Of a DNA stretch of 64,000 nt, positions 39,575-50,020 are shown piece by piece. The notes beneath the pieces are model-generated. The model did not search any database. It was not told the DNA's origin and saw nothing but the letters and a program-made list of their open reading frames with translations. This stretch comes from a virus (Duplodnaviria; Caudoviricetes): the IMG/VR virus record IMGVR_UViG_3300037067_011569, positions 26,362 to 90,361 of that record, one strand, 5' to 3'. Each line of letters starts with the position of its first letter. Position 1 is the first letter of the stretch. The position numbers and the translations under genes were made by a program.

Positions 39575-41074
39575 GTGGACGGCAAGAATACTGAAGGAAA
39601 CAATAAAGGAAGCAAGAATGTACGCCAGATCAATATTAAGATAATCAATAATGTGTGGTCAATTGGAGATAGAGAGGACCTTGATGTATTTGAGGAATGT
39701 CTCTATTTCATTGACATTCGGGTTAAACAAGGAAGATTTAACAAGGAGTTTGTAGAAGATAAATTCCCAGTATTTGTAAAAACAAAGTCAAAATTTAAAG
39801 GAAGTATTGGCATCTATACTGGACTTCTACCGCGACTCAAAGCATTTTGCCAAGAAAAAGAATATAATTGCAACATAGACAATAATGGTGTAATTCTTCC
39901 TTCCATGGAAAATCCCACATTACCTGCTATAACATTCTCTGATGGTAGAAAATTTGAAGAACTAAGAGAAGATCAATTATCCCATATACTAAGTATGGGA
40001 TTTCATGGCAGAGGAGTGTTGCAAGGATTTACAGGGATGGGGAAGTCTATGTTAGCAATGGGATTGATGATTGCATATCCCAAAGAAAGGATCTTGTTTC
40101 TTGCACACACCACCGGATTGATATCCCAATTAGCTGAAGATATGGAAGCATTTGGGTGTTTCAATTTCACTGCTATTTATGCCAACAAAAAATGGAATCC
40201 AAATGCTAGAATCTGGTTAGCTACAAGGCAATCTATCGCTAACATGCTAAGTGAACTCCAAATAAATAAATTTGGAGTGGTTATTTGTGACGAATGTCAC
40301 CACATAAGTGATTTCAACGGCCAATATGCGGAAATTCTATCTAAGTTTGATGCACCAATAAGATGTGGACTTACTGCTACAGTTCCAAAAGACTACACAA
40401 GAAAAAGATTAGCAATGGAATCTTTTCTTGGTCCTGTAATTGCATCATTCACAATACAAGAAGGAAGTGACTTGAACTTGTTAGCGGAACCTAAGATTTG
40501 TATAAGAAAAATCCCATTTTCTGCTGAGGTAAGAAACCTCAAAAGATACCCAGAAGTCTACTATCATGGTGTTAAGTTTCGAGAAGATGCTAATATGTTA
40601 AAGGTTGAGGATGCTAGAGAATTAGTATCTCATGGCCTTAGTGTGTTGGTATTTGTAACAAACATAGATCATGGTGAACTACTGCAAAGAATGCTAAGAG
40701 AAAACTTAAACTGTTTCGTACCTTTCATAAAAGGAGACATTTCAACTGATAACAGGGATACTTTGAAGGAAAGCATGAAGAAAAAAGAAGTCAAGTGCAT
40801 AGTCGCAAACGTAGTTTGGCGAGAAGGAATCAATATCCCTTCGCTAGATGTAATGATAAATGCAAGTAGTTCTAAAGAAGAAATTCAAACATTACAAACT
40901 GTAGGAAGGGGGCTGAGAAAAACTGCTGATAAAGAGGAAGTTTTGATTATTGACTACTTTGATAGTAGTCATTACTTCCTGATTAATCATTTTGGCGAAA
41001 GACTGAGTACTTACATGAATGAAGGTTGGGAATTTATGAGTATCAAGGAGTTCATAAAGAAAAGGAGAAAATAA
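39575..41074 (+). CDS. Superfamily 2 (UvsW-like) helicase
   Basis: TGMGKS, DECHH, GLTAT, EGINIP, QTVGRGLR. Confidence 0.92.
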   Translation: MDGKNTEGNNKGSKNVRQINIKIINNVWSIGDREDLDVFEECLYFIDIRVKQGRFNKEFVEDKFPVFVKTKSKFKGSIGIYTGLLPRLKAFCQEKEYNCNIDNNGVILPSMENPTLPAITFSDGRKFEELREDQLSHILSMGFHGRGVLQGFTGMGKSMLAMGLMIAYPKERILFLAHTTGLISQLAEDMEAFGCFNFTAIYANKKWNPNARIWLATRQSIANMLSELQINKFGVVICDECHHISDFNGQYAEILSKFDAPIRCGLTATVPKDYTRKRLAMESFLGPVIASFTIQEGSDLNLLAEPKICIRKIPFSAEVRNLKRYPEVYYHGVKFREDANMLKVEDARELVSHGLSVLVFVTNIDHGELLQRMLRENLNCFVPFIKGDISTDNRDTLKESMKKKEVKCIVANVVWREGINIPSLDVMINASSSKEEIQTLQTVGRGLRKTADKEEVLIIDYFDSSHYFLINHFGERLSTYMNEGWEFMSIKEFIKKRRK

Positions 41075-41614
41075 ATGGAAGATATTATGATTGACTTAGA
41101 AACAATGGGAACTGGCCCTAATGCTGCTATTATAGCAATAGGTGCAGTAGCATTCAGCATTCCAGAACAAAATATTCATCCAGAAACCTTCTACGAAGTA
41201 GTAGATTTAGAATCTTCTATAAGAACCGGTGGGATTATTAACGCTTCCACTGTTATTTGGTGGATGAAACAAAGTGATGAAGCCAGAAATTCCATAACAA
41301 GGGAAGAAGGTAGACATATAGAAAATGTTCTGTACGACTTCTCTGAATGGGTATATAGATTCAATGTTCCTATAGACCAAATAAAAGTATGGGGAAATGG
41401 AGCAGCATTTGACAATGTAGTACTCGGTTCTGCTTATGATAGAATAGGTCTAACAAGACCTTGGACGTACAAAGGTGATCGTTGTTACTTAACTATGAGG
41501 AACATGTATCCAAAAATTGAGATTCCTGATATGGGAATTACTCATAATGCTTTAGATGATGCAATTTACCAAGCTAATTATTTAATGAGAATCCTTACAG
41601 AGAAGGGGAAATAG
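41075..41614 (+). CDS. DEDDh 3'-5' exonuclease
   Basis: MIDLETMG, WGNGAAFDNVVL, HNALDDA. Confidence 0.9.
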   Translation: MEDIMIDLETMGTGPNAAIIAIGAVAFSIPEQNIHPETFYEVVDLESSIRTGGIINASTVIWWMKQSDEARNSITREEGRHIENVLYDFSEWVYRFNVPIDQIKVWGNGAAFDNVVLGSAYDRIGLTRPWTYKGDRCYLTMRNMYPKIEIPDMGITHNALDDAIYQANYLMRILTEKGK

Positions 41615-42421
41615 ATGGCTAATGATCTTGATGCAATTCTTGATAAACCAGTAGAGCCAACAAAGCCAGAAGAAAGAAAAAAACCAGAGTACCAATCAAA
41701 AGATGGATTCGAAATAGGTTGGTATGTTATCAGGGGGTTTACAGAAATAGAAAATGTTGTGGACTTCCTCAATGATAACTATGATACTGGTAAAGTCTTT
41801 ATCTGTGGTGGGTATGTTCGTTATATGTGCTCACCAAGACGAATCCCAACAGTTGCAAGCGATGTGGATATTTACTGCATGGATGAAAAAACATTCAATG
41901 CAGTAAAAAATGACTTAGCAACTGCACCTGTACATAAATTAGAAATAAGACACGAAAACGAAATGGCAATAACTTACAAAAGACCAGAAAATATGAGTCA
42001 TCCCTTCTTTGCTTCTCCACCTATACAACTGATTAAGCCGATAAAAGAAGGTAAAGTTGTAGCAACCGGGACAATGGAAGAAGTATTAAGTAATTTTGAC
42101 TTCACTGTAATTAGATGTGGACTAAACCCTTCTGGTCGTACTGCTGTGGTGGATGCAGACTTTCCACATGATGAAGAAAAAAGAATTCTTAGGTTAAAGA
42201 ACATTCATTGTCCTGTATCTTCCGTACTTCGTTGTATGAAGTATGCAATGAAAGGTTATTGGCTTCCACCATTTCAAGCATTTAGGTTGTTTCTTGATTG
42301 GGATCAAAGAGACGATGCCTACAAAGTAAGAATGCTTGAATTTCTGGAACTAGCAGAAGGTGGGGAAGGACTCACACAAACTGAAATTAACGAACTTGAG
42401 GCACTTATGAGGATTGATTGA
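41615..42421 (+). CDS. CCA/poly(A)-polymerase-like nucleotidyltransferase
   Basis: FICGGYVR...ASDVDIY (DxD), IQLI, NFDFTV. Confidence 0.75.
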   Translation: MANDLDAILDKPVEPTKPEERKKPEYQSKDGFEIGWYVIRGFTEIENVVDFLNDNYDTGKVFICGGYVRYMCSPRRIPTVASDVDIYCMDEKTFNAVKNDLATAPVHKLEIRHENEMAITYKRPENMSHPFFASPPIQLIKPIKEGKVVATGTMEEVLSNFDFTVIRCGLNPSGRTAVVDADFPHDEEKRILRLKNIHCPVSSVLRCMKYAMKGYWLPPFQAFRLFLDWDQRDDAYKVRMLEFLELAEGGEGLTQTEINELEALMRID

Positions 42422-43123
42422 TATGAAAAGAGAAATTGTTTGCAGTGAGAAATGTAAGCCAAAGTTTAGTTATAAACTTCTTACAGACGAAAAAGGGATT
42501 AGTTATATTGCTGATCCCTATCCTGGAGAATACTGTAAAACGGTGAAAGGGAAAGCAAAAGGAATCTATATTTGTGATGCTTGTGGCAAATCAATAAAGA
42601 AAGGTGATGTTGCAATAGCAATTTCAATATGGGCAGATTATACTGGTTTGCCCTATTTTGAATGGGAAGATGATTTTATTGAAAGAGAAGACTTCTTTGA
42701 TTCCCCTGAATACTTAGAAGGACATCCACAAAAGAAAGGTAAATAAAATGACAACATGGCAAAATCCATTTGAAGAAGAAAAAGATGAATGGTATTTTTG
42801 GGATGAAATACATAAAAAACACGGTCCTTTTGAATCAGAAGAGGAAGCAAGATACCAATTGCATAAGTATTGTAGAACTATATTAGGACCACCTTCAAAT
42901 GCAAATCAATGGCACTTTAATGGAAAAAGTGCAATCATACCAAAAATGGTTGAAGTTAATTGCACCAAACTCTCTGGTGGGAATTTCCCCTTTTCTTGGA
43001 AAAAATTAATATACAAAAGAGGAGAATGCAGTCAATTTCAACGAATAGATGTCAACAGTGGAACAGAAACAATAACTATTGATTTTGACCAAAATAAAAA
43101 TAACGCCATGATAACATACCAAT

Positions 43124-44056
43124 ATGAACACTGAGATATTTGACACCATAACTTACTTGATGAAACGGGGAATTCCTTACAGAACACCGGGCAAAGATGT
43201 TAGTCAGAATTGGATTGGTGTAAACTGTCCGTTCTGTAAGGATGACCCCGAAACACATCTTGGTATAAATATGAGTGACCCACGATTCCAAAGAAATTTT
43301 ATATCTTGTTGGAGATGTGGGAAGAAAGGAAATATTTACGATCTCATAAAAGATGTTGAGAGGTGCAATCACGATAGAGCGACAAGAATAATTGAAGAGT
43401 TCCAAGACAGATCACTTATTCACCTGATAACAGAAAAAAAGATTGTAAGAAAAGATCCAGGTAGTAAAATCTTATTGCCTGAATTCAGTAAAGAAATGAT
43501 GCAATGCCATTATGATTTTTTAGTGAAAAGGAGATACGACCCAGATTATGTAACAAGAAAATATGATCTTTACTTTTGCAATCAGTTAGGTAAGTATAAA
43601 TACCGGATAGTTATGCCGATTTATCAAGAAGGGAAACTTGTAACCTTCATTGCAAGAGACACTACAGGACTTGCAGAAGAATCTTACCTTGCATTAGCAC
43701 AAGAACAATCAATAAAGTTTTCCAAAGAATGTGTTTACGGGATAGATGACCTAAGAAGTGATACTGGTGCAATTGTTGAAGGTGTGTTTGACCAATGGAG
43801 AATTGGTGATGGAGCACTTGCAACATTTGGAGTAGAATTTACTACTGCACAATTAGTAGTGATAGCAAAGAAAATTAGCAAGGCAGTAGTGTTATATGAT
43901 GCTGGAAGTGATGCCCAATTAAGAGCAGACAAACTAGCTTGGCAACTCGCACCGTTGTTAAAACAAGTAATAAGATACTCTATCCCAAAAGGTGATCCTG
44001 ATGAACTGAACGATGATGAAGTAGCTTACCTGAAGAAAGACATTTTTGGGAGGTAG
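43124..44056 (+). CDS. DNA primase (Zn-finger + Toprim)
   Basis: CPFC...HLG...CWRCG; VEGVFD; YDAG; GDPDE. Confidence 0.88.
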   Translation: MNTEIFDTITYLMKRGIPYRTPGKDVSQNWIGVNCPFCKDDPETHLGINMSDPRFQRNFISCWRCGKKGNIYDLIKDVERCNHDRATRIIEEFQDRSLIHLITEKKIVRKDPGSKILLPEFSKEMMQCHYDFLVKRRYDPDYVTRKYDLYFCNQLGKYKYRIVMPIYQEGKLVTFIARDTTGLAEESYLALAQEQSIKFSKECVYGIDDLRSDTGAIVEGVFDQWRIGDGALATFGVEFTTAQLVVIAKKISKAVVLYDAGSDAQLRADKLAWQLAPLLKQVIRYSIPKGDPDELNDDEVAYLKKDIFGR

Positions 44057-44604
44057 TGATGAAAATTGAGGAGTGTATAAAATGTGGAGCGTTTGTAGAT
44101 GCTACGGATGCACCTCCGGGGTCAACAATTTACTGTAGCGACTGCTACCCAAAACAACCAAAACCAATAGAAAGAAAAGTGAGATCAGTACCACATCATT
44201 TGAAAAGAATACCAGGAGTTAGTAACTACAAGAAACTTGAAGACTTACCTGAAGGGGGTAGATGGGTTACAGTGGAAGAGGCAACAAATATTTTTGAAAA
44301 ACACAAAAACACAATACCTATGAGAATCAGAGCGGGCAGATACAAAATGGCTTATGTTAATGGGATGCTTTATATTGATCTAACATCATATTCAAGGAAG
44401 AAATACGAAAAAATTATTGTGAAAGGCATTCAAATAGTAAAGGGAAGATGTATTTGTGCAGTGGAAGACGGTATGCACTACAGACAATGTAATGGCAATG
44501 CAATATATACTTGGGAAGGGAAAAAAAATTACTGCATGAAACATTTTTCGGATTTGAAAAAAGGTAAGTCACCGAAAACAATATATGATTTGGAGAAAAA
44601 ATGA
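44056..44604 (+). CDS. Zn-finger/HTH hypothetical protein
   Basis: CIKCG...CSDC; VTVEEATNIF...IRAGR. Confidence 0.5.
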   Translation: MMKIEECIKCGAFVDATDAPPGSTIYCSDCYPKQPKPIERKVRSVPHHLKRIPGVSNYKKLEDLPEGGRWVTVEEATNIFEKHKNTIPMRIRAGRYKMAYVNGMLYIDLTSYSRKKYEKIIVKGIQIVKGRCICAVEDGMHYRQCNGNAIYTWEGKKNYCMKHFSDLKKGKSPKTIYDLEKK

Positions 44605-44947
44605 GACAAGAACACTTGATAAACAATCAGGGACTTCAAATTAGAATTGGTAGGAAATACAGAAACATGGAAATTTCTACACAGAACACACACAAAGTAA
44701 AAGTAATCCAATTCTCTTCTGATTCTTCTGTTTGGGCAAAAAATTGTGATAAATGCACAAGGAAGATTTGTGATGAAAGTGTCTGTTCTGGGATAGAAAT
44801 ACCAGTACATATTAATCGCCTTTTTCCATTCAATTCGGCTCGTTATACAGCAGCAAGAGAAGAAAAAAATCAAACTAATAAAGGTTTTTGTATGTAAATT
44901 TATTGAAAAGATGTATTATACAAGTGTTACTATTCTGGGGGATAAAC

Positions 44948-45008
44948 TTCATATCTACAGGAAATAAAAACAAGTAAAATCATATAAATTATTTCCTGTA
45001 GATATGAA
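44948..45008. repeat. Perfect 20-bp inverted repeat with 21-nt spacer
   Basis: TTCATATCTACAGGAAATAA ... TTATTTCCTGTAGATATGAA. Confidence 0.9.
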
Positions 45009-45087
45009 AATACTAATCGCTTAGGCGAATCTAACTATCCAATTTTTATTGATTTTCTTTTGATTTATTAGGAATGGAGTCATTTCC

Positions 45088-46548
45088 ATGTCTAGTGACC
45101 AAATTTTTATTGAAAATGATAGTTTCCCTCTTCTCGCCAAAGCCCTATTATCAAGAGACGATGATATACACTTACCCAGACATGTTGTTCGTCAAATGGG
45201 AATAAATGAAACTCTGATTCTAACAGAGTTGATCAATATTGACAATTATGCTAGAAGAATACCTAATTATGATGGTTGGTTCTTTGCAAAAGCTAAAATG
45301 CTGACAAAGGCAACAACACTCAAAGAAGATGCCCAAAACAGAATTACTAATAAATTGATGGGACTTGAAATTATTGAAAAAAAGTTAAAGGGAATTCCCG
45401 CAACCAACTATTTCAAGATAAATTATAAAAAAGTGATTGGCTTATTTGAGAATAAGATTGGTATAAGATTCGGGTCCCACCCGAATCAAGTTTCGGGTGC
45501 CATACGAAACTATTCTTTATTAACTAAAGAAGATAATAATATTTCATTATCTTCTTTTTTAAAAAACAAAAAAGAAGATAATGAAATCAGTGCCAATAAT
45601 GGCACACATAATGATAATTTTGTTTCAATAATAAAAAGAAAAAAGAACTCTGCTTCAGATAGCACAGTGACAGAAAATAAAGGTGATAAAAAAGAAAGAG
45701 TGCTTTCTGAGGGGGAGTCAGAAAGCACTCTAAGGGGAAAAGATGAGGATTTGTTACAGAGTATTGACGATATTAATCGAGATTTAGCCGAAACGCAAGT
45801 AAAAAATAATAAAAGTTCAGAAAAACCACAAGTAATAATAATACCGAAAACAATACAACCATTCATCGCTGTTTGGGAATCTTATGGGTTTAAATTACCT
45901 GGAGTTAATACTAAATCATTTAATTGCACCATACAATCCCTGAAAAAATTAGTAACAGGAACACTATTTAGACAAACAGAATTCCCTGTTATACCATATG
46001 ATCTTGCTGACTTTTCTAAAAGTGTTCAAAGATTACAACAATCATTAAGCCCTGATTATTATCCACTAAACAAAACATACCTTAATAAAATAACTCTGAA
46101 AGATTTCTTATATAATCCTTTTGCAACATCTAAATCTCTGTTCTTTTTCATGTTACAAAATGAACCCATCCCTGTAAGAAAAGAAGAAGTGGACTACCAC
46201 CCTGAAATAACAGAACTTATCATTGCCAAGTTTAAAAAAGAAATTCTTAATGTAAGTAATTACACACCACCACCTTCTGATAAGAGCAAATTTGTTGCTG
46301 CGGCGGCGCGGTTGAACTCTTTCTTTGAAATCAATAGCAAACATTATCCCACAATCTTTAGAAATATACATAAACAAGTGGAATGTTTGTATTCATGTAT
46401 AAAGACGAGTGTCAATGGTATTGATATATCACCGGGTTTCTTTTGTTCTGATGCCACATTCAGTAGAAGATTACCTACCTACTTAAATAATCAAGGTTAT
46501 ACCAAGAAAGAGAACACAAACAATAGCAACTTTTCCATATACAGATAA
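45088..46548 (+). CDS. Putative replication initiator / replisome organizer
   Basis: N-terminal wHTH-like GWFF...LT...Q...KL..L.IIEKKLKGIPATNYFKIN; low-complexity linker. Confidence 0.6.
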   Translation: MSSDQIFIENDSFPLLAKALLSRDDDIHLPRHVVRQMGINETLILTELINIDNYARRIPNYDGWFFAKAKMLTKATTLKEDAQNRITNKLMGLEIIEKKLKGIPATNYFKINYKKVIGLFENKIGIRFGSHPNQVSGAIRNYSLLTKEDNNISLSSFLKNKKEDNEISANNGTHNDNFVSIIKRKKNSASDSTVTENKGDKKERVLSEGESESTLRGKDEDLLQSIDDINRDLAETQVKNNKSSEKPQVIIIPKTIQPFIAVWESYGFKLPGVNTKSFNCTIQSLKKLVTGTLFRQTEFPVIPYDLADFSKSVQRLQQSLSPDYYPLNKTYLNKITLKDFLYNPFATSKSLFFFMLQNEPIPVRKEEVDYHPEITELIIAKFKKEILNVSNYTPPPSDKSKFVAAAARLNSFFEINSKHYPTIFRNIHKQVECLYSCIKTSVNGIDISPGFFCSDATFSRRLPTYLNNQGYTKKENTNNSNFSIYR

Positions 46549-46558
46549 AGGGGGAGAA

Positions 46559-46816
46559 ATGGTTTACTTGCTGCATTTTGCAGAGAAGTACAAGAATGTC
46601 CAACACTATCTTGGGTACACTACTGATTTAGAACAAAGAATGAAGAGACATAAAAATGGTAATGGTGCAAGACTTATGAAATCTGTTGCGGAAGCAGGTA
46701 TTGAATGGGAAGTTGCAAGAGTCTGGGAAGATGGGGATAAGAAACTAGAAAGAAGATTAAAGAAAGGTCACAATTCACCAAAGTTATGCCCAATTTGTTG
46801 CAGGGAGCATAAATAA
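46559..46816 (+). CDS. GIY-YIG nuclease family protein
   Basis: VYLLHF...HYLGYTTDLEQRMKRHKNG...ERRLK. Confidence 0.85.
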   Translation: MVYLLHFAEKYKNVQHYLGYTTDLEQRMKRHKNGNGARLMKSVAEAGIEWEVARVWEDGDKKLERRLKKGHNSPKLCPICCREHK

Positions 46817-46817
46817 T

Positions 46818-48365
46818 ATGGCATTTGAAGAGGGACTAGAAAAATACATGATTGATGCTTCTATAGAGAAGCAAATCATCACTGGAATGATCGTAAGTAG
46901 CGAATTTTTAAGAAATACCTTCCATTGCATAGATCCTGTTTATTTCAAGTCAGACTATGCCAAAACATTAGCTAAATGGATACTAACTTATTACGAGGCA
47001 TATGATAAAGCACCCCAGAAAAACATACAAGCAATGTTCGAATCTAAGAAGGAAAGCATAAGGAAAGATGAAGCTGAACTTCTCGTCATCTTTCTGTCTT
47101 CCATTTCAAAGGAATATGAAGGTTTGCAGTATTTCAACGAAGAATATCTCACGCAACAAGCACTTAGATACTTCAAAAAACGAGAAATCGAGATTCGAGC
47201 AAAAAATGCATTAGCCTACATTGAAAAAGATAGGGTAGAAGATGCAGATGCAGAAATATCTGGCATAAAAGAAATAAGTAAGATCACCTCTGACTGGTAC
47301 AATCCTTTTGACCCAGCAAATATTGTTGATGTTTTTGAAAGAGAAGAAAGGCCTATAAAAATACCTGGTAACTTAGGTGAGTTTGTAGGTGGACTTGATT
47401 TTGGTTGGACTTTGTTAGTAGCAGCAGGGTACAAGAAAGGAAAGACTACTTTATGTAATGAGTTGGCATTTATCATTGCATCACAAAACATCCCTGTTGC
47501 TATACTTTCTTTTGAAATGAAAAAACGAGATATAAATAGAAGGTTCTTTAAGAGAATACTTTCAGGTGATAAAGATGGAGGAACATTTGTTTATCCTGCT
47601 TTTGATTGTAAAGCTAATCAATCAGGTATGTGCAATAGAGCAGAAAGAACAAACCGTTTAACATTGTTCAATGAAGAAGGTAATATACCAGAATTTAGAT
47701 TAGACATGCAGTATAGACCTTGTACTTGGTGTAGGAAGAACGAACCAAGTACATACGAATTAGGTCACTGGTTTACTGCATACGAAAGGCCCTCATTTAA
47801 TTATGGAACTGTTTTTGAAAAAGTAAGAGAGTATGGGAAGTTTTTTGGGGATGACAATCTAAGAATAATATGTTATCCAAGATTTGGTGCAAGTGTTGAT
47901 GATGCATTTAGAGACTTAGATGTTCTCGAACACATTCATGGATTTAAATACAGAGTTGTTATTTGGGATTATCCGGAGATAACAATTCCTTCTGGCCATA
48001 AGAAAAATGATTGGGAAAGTATTAATGAAACTTGGATGAGAATTGTCGGTAGAGCAAGTGCAAAGAATTATTTATTAATTGCACCATCCCAGATAACAAG
48101 CAACGCTCTGTACACACCAAGATTGAAGCAAGATAATATAGGCAGGGCAAGAGCAATACTTGGTCATGTTGATGCAGGACTTACTATCAACCAAACTGCT
48201 GATGACAAGAGACTTGGGATAATAAGAGTTGGTACAATTATTCATCGTCATGATTTCTTCGATGAAGATGATGATTGTTTTGTATTGCAGAACTTGCACT
48301 TAGGACAAGCACATCTTGATTCCCAGATTGTAAGGGGAAACGGAAGGAACGATTCAACAAGGTAA
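46818..48365 (+). CDS. DnaB-like replicative helicase
   Basis: AGYKKGKTT, SFEM, WDY, SQ, R..ILGHVDAG; Cys-rich insertion. Confidence 0.85.
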   Translation: MAFEEGLEKYMIDASIEKQIITGMIVSSEFLRNTFHCIDPVYFKSDYAKTLAKWILTYYEAYDKAPQKNIQAMFESKKESIRKDEAELLVIFLSSISKEYEGLQYFNEEYLTQQALRYFKKREIEIRAKNALAYIEKDRVEDADAEISGIKEISKITSDWYNPFDPANIVDVFEREERPIKIPGNLGEFVGGLDFGWTLLVAAGYKKGKTTLCNELAFIIASQNIPVAILSFEMKKRDINRRFFKRILSGDKDGGTFVYPAFDCKANQSGMCNRAERTNRLTLFNEEGNIPEFRLDMQYRPCTWCRKNEPSTYELGHWFTAYERPSFNYGTVFEKVREYGKFFGDDNLRIICYPRFGASVDDAFRDLDVLEHIHGFKYRVVIWDYPEITIPSGHKKNDWESINETWMRIVGRASAKNYLLIAPSQITSNALYTPRLKQDNIGRARAILGHVDAGLTINQTADDKRLGIIRVGTIIHRHDFFDEDDDCFVLQNLHLGQAHLDSQIVRGNGRNDSTR

Positions 48366-48375
48366 GGGGGAGAAA

Positions 48376-48861
48376 ATGGCACAACCGTCAAGAGCACCTG
48401 AATTAATTGAATTGCTTAATGCTAGGTACAATTCATTTGTTACCAAATTTTCATTTAATGATTATCCCCACATGAATAGAACAACAATTAGTAGGTATTT
48501 AGATCAACTTGCAAGTCTTGGTTATATAGAAAGAACAAAAGGAGTTGTTGGTTTGCCCCATACTTTTACTATTCTTAAAAGAATACCAAATGATACAACA
48601 CTCGGTGGAAAAAGTTGGGCAAAGAAAAAGAAAGAAAACAGTAATGGAAAAGTAGTAGAAGTAACAAGTAAACCATCAGAATCAGTTCCAAATAAAGTTG
48701 AAGATGTAGCAACCTGGATCAAAGATTGGATTGAATATGCAAAATGGCTAGAAACAAAATTAGCGGAAGAAAAGAGAGACCACAAAGACTTAAGAGATTG
48801 GAGAGACAGAATTTGTAAGTCAGTCCCAAGTCCTGTAAAGCAAAGATACGTAAGATACTAA
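48376..48861 (+). CDS. HTH-containing protein
   Basis: MNRTTISRYLDQLASLGYIER. Confidence 0.6.
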   Translation: MAQPSRAPELIELLNARYNSFVTKFSFNDYPHMNRTTISRYLDQLASLGYIERTKGVVGLPHTFTILKRIPNDTTLGGKSWAKKKKENSNGKVVEVTSKPSESVPNKVEDVATWIKDWIEYAKWLETKLAEEKRDHKDLRDWRDRICKSVPSPVKQRYVRY

Positions 48862-48870
48862 GGAGAAAAA

Positions 48871-49257
48871 ATGATAACAGTTACCAGAAAGTTTGAAGTG
48901 TGTATTGCACATTGGTTGAAAGATCATCCTGGTAAGTGCAAAGACTTACATGGACACAATTTCCAGGTAGAGGTTACAGTAACAGGAAACTTGAATAAGA
49001 ATGGAATGATTGTTGACTTCTCTGAATTGAAAGGTATTGTACAAAATGTTCTTGATGAAATAGATCATAAGTGCCTTAACACAAGATTCCCAATGATGAA
49101 TGATCAGCCCACCGCTGAAAAAGTTGTGGATTGGCTTGCATGTGCACTGATACAAAAACTTTTACCATTGAATATTTCTCTAGTACTTGTCAGGTTGTAT
49201 GAGACAAGCAATTGCTTTGTTACTTGGGTCAGGGAATACTGGGGGAAATCAGAATGA
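48871..49257 (+). CDS. queD: 6-carboxy-tetrahydropterin synthase
   Basis: AHWL...CKDLHGHNF...DFSELK...DHKCLN...PTAE...YET. Confidence 0.93.
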   Translation: MITVTRKFEVCIAHWLKDHPGKCKDLHGHNFQVEVTVTGNLNKNGMIVDFSELKGIVQNVLDEIDHKCLNTRFPMMNDQPTAEKVVDWLACALIQKLLPLNISLVLVRLYETSNCFVTWVREYWGKSE

Positions 49258-49910
49258 AAACTTTGAATGTTAATTCAATATACACTTCCATAGATGGTGA
49301 GGTGAGTGTATTCGGACAAGGAAGAATTAGTACATTTGTACGTCTGGCGCAGTGCAATTTAAAGTGCCAATGGTGCGATACTACATATGCTCAACATAAA
49401 AATTCGGGCATAGATATTACTGTGGAAGAGATAGTAAAAGAAGTGGTGGCGAGAAATGTTCACAAAGTAACTATTACAGGAGGGGAACCATTATTACAAG
49501 ATAATGTGTTCGAACTAACAAAGCAATTGTACCAAGAATGTGTGGATGTAACAATTGAAACAAATGGAACAATAGAGCCTTTTGGATATGAAGTAAGTTC
49601 ATACATTGTAGATTTTAAATTGCCGTCATCAGGAATGCATGAACAAATGAACCCTGATGCATTCACAAAATTAAGGGTATGTGATTTTATCAAGTTTGTT
49701 ATAGATGACATAACAGACTATGAGATTGCAGTAAAAACGGCAAAAGGTTTTAGGGATTTAGCATTGATGGCACAGTTTGCATTCTCCCCTGTGTTTAGGG
49801 ACAATAATTATTGCATAAGTCCACAGGAATTGATGGAACGGCTTAGGAAAGACAGGTTAGGTAATTCTTATATTAATGTGCAATTACATAAACTTCTCAA
49901 CCTTAAGTAA
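49254..49910 (+). CDS. queE: 7-carboxy-7-deazaguanine synthase (radical SAM)
   Basis: Start reassigned to 49254; SIDGE, CNLKCQWCDT, TGGEPL, ETNG, VQLHK. Confidence 0.93.
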   Translation: MKTLNVNSIYTSIDGEVSVFGQGRISTFVRLAQCNLKCQWCDTTYAQHKNSGIDITVEEIVKEVVARNVHKVTITGGEPLLQDNVFELTKQLYQECVDVTIETNGTIEPFGYEVSSYIVDFKLPSSGMHEQMNPDAFTKLRVCDFIKFVIDDITDYEIAVKTAKGFRDLALMAQFAFSPVFRDNNYCISPQELMERLRKDRLGNSYINVQLHKLLNLK

Positions 49911-50020
49911 AAAAGTGTAACTGCCACTAGAAAATTGAAAAATTTTCTCGGCAATGTGCTATAGTAAAAATGAAAGCAGAAAACACAAACAAAACAACCT
50001 AACAGAAAGGGACAAAGTGT

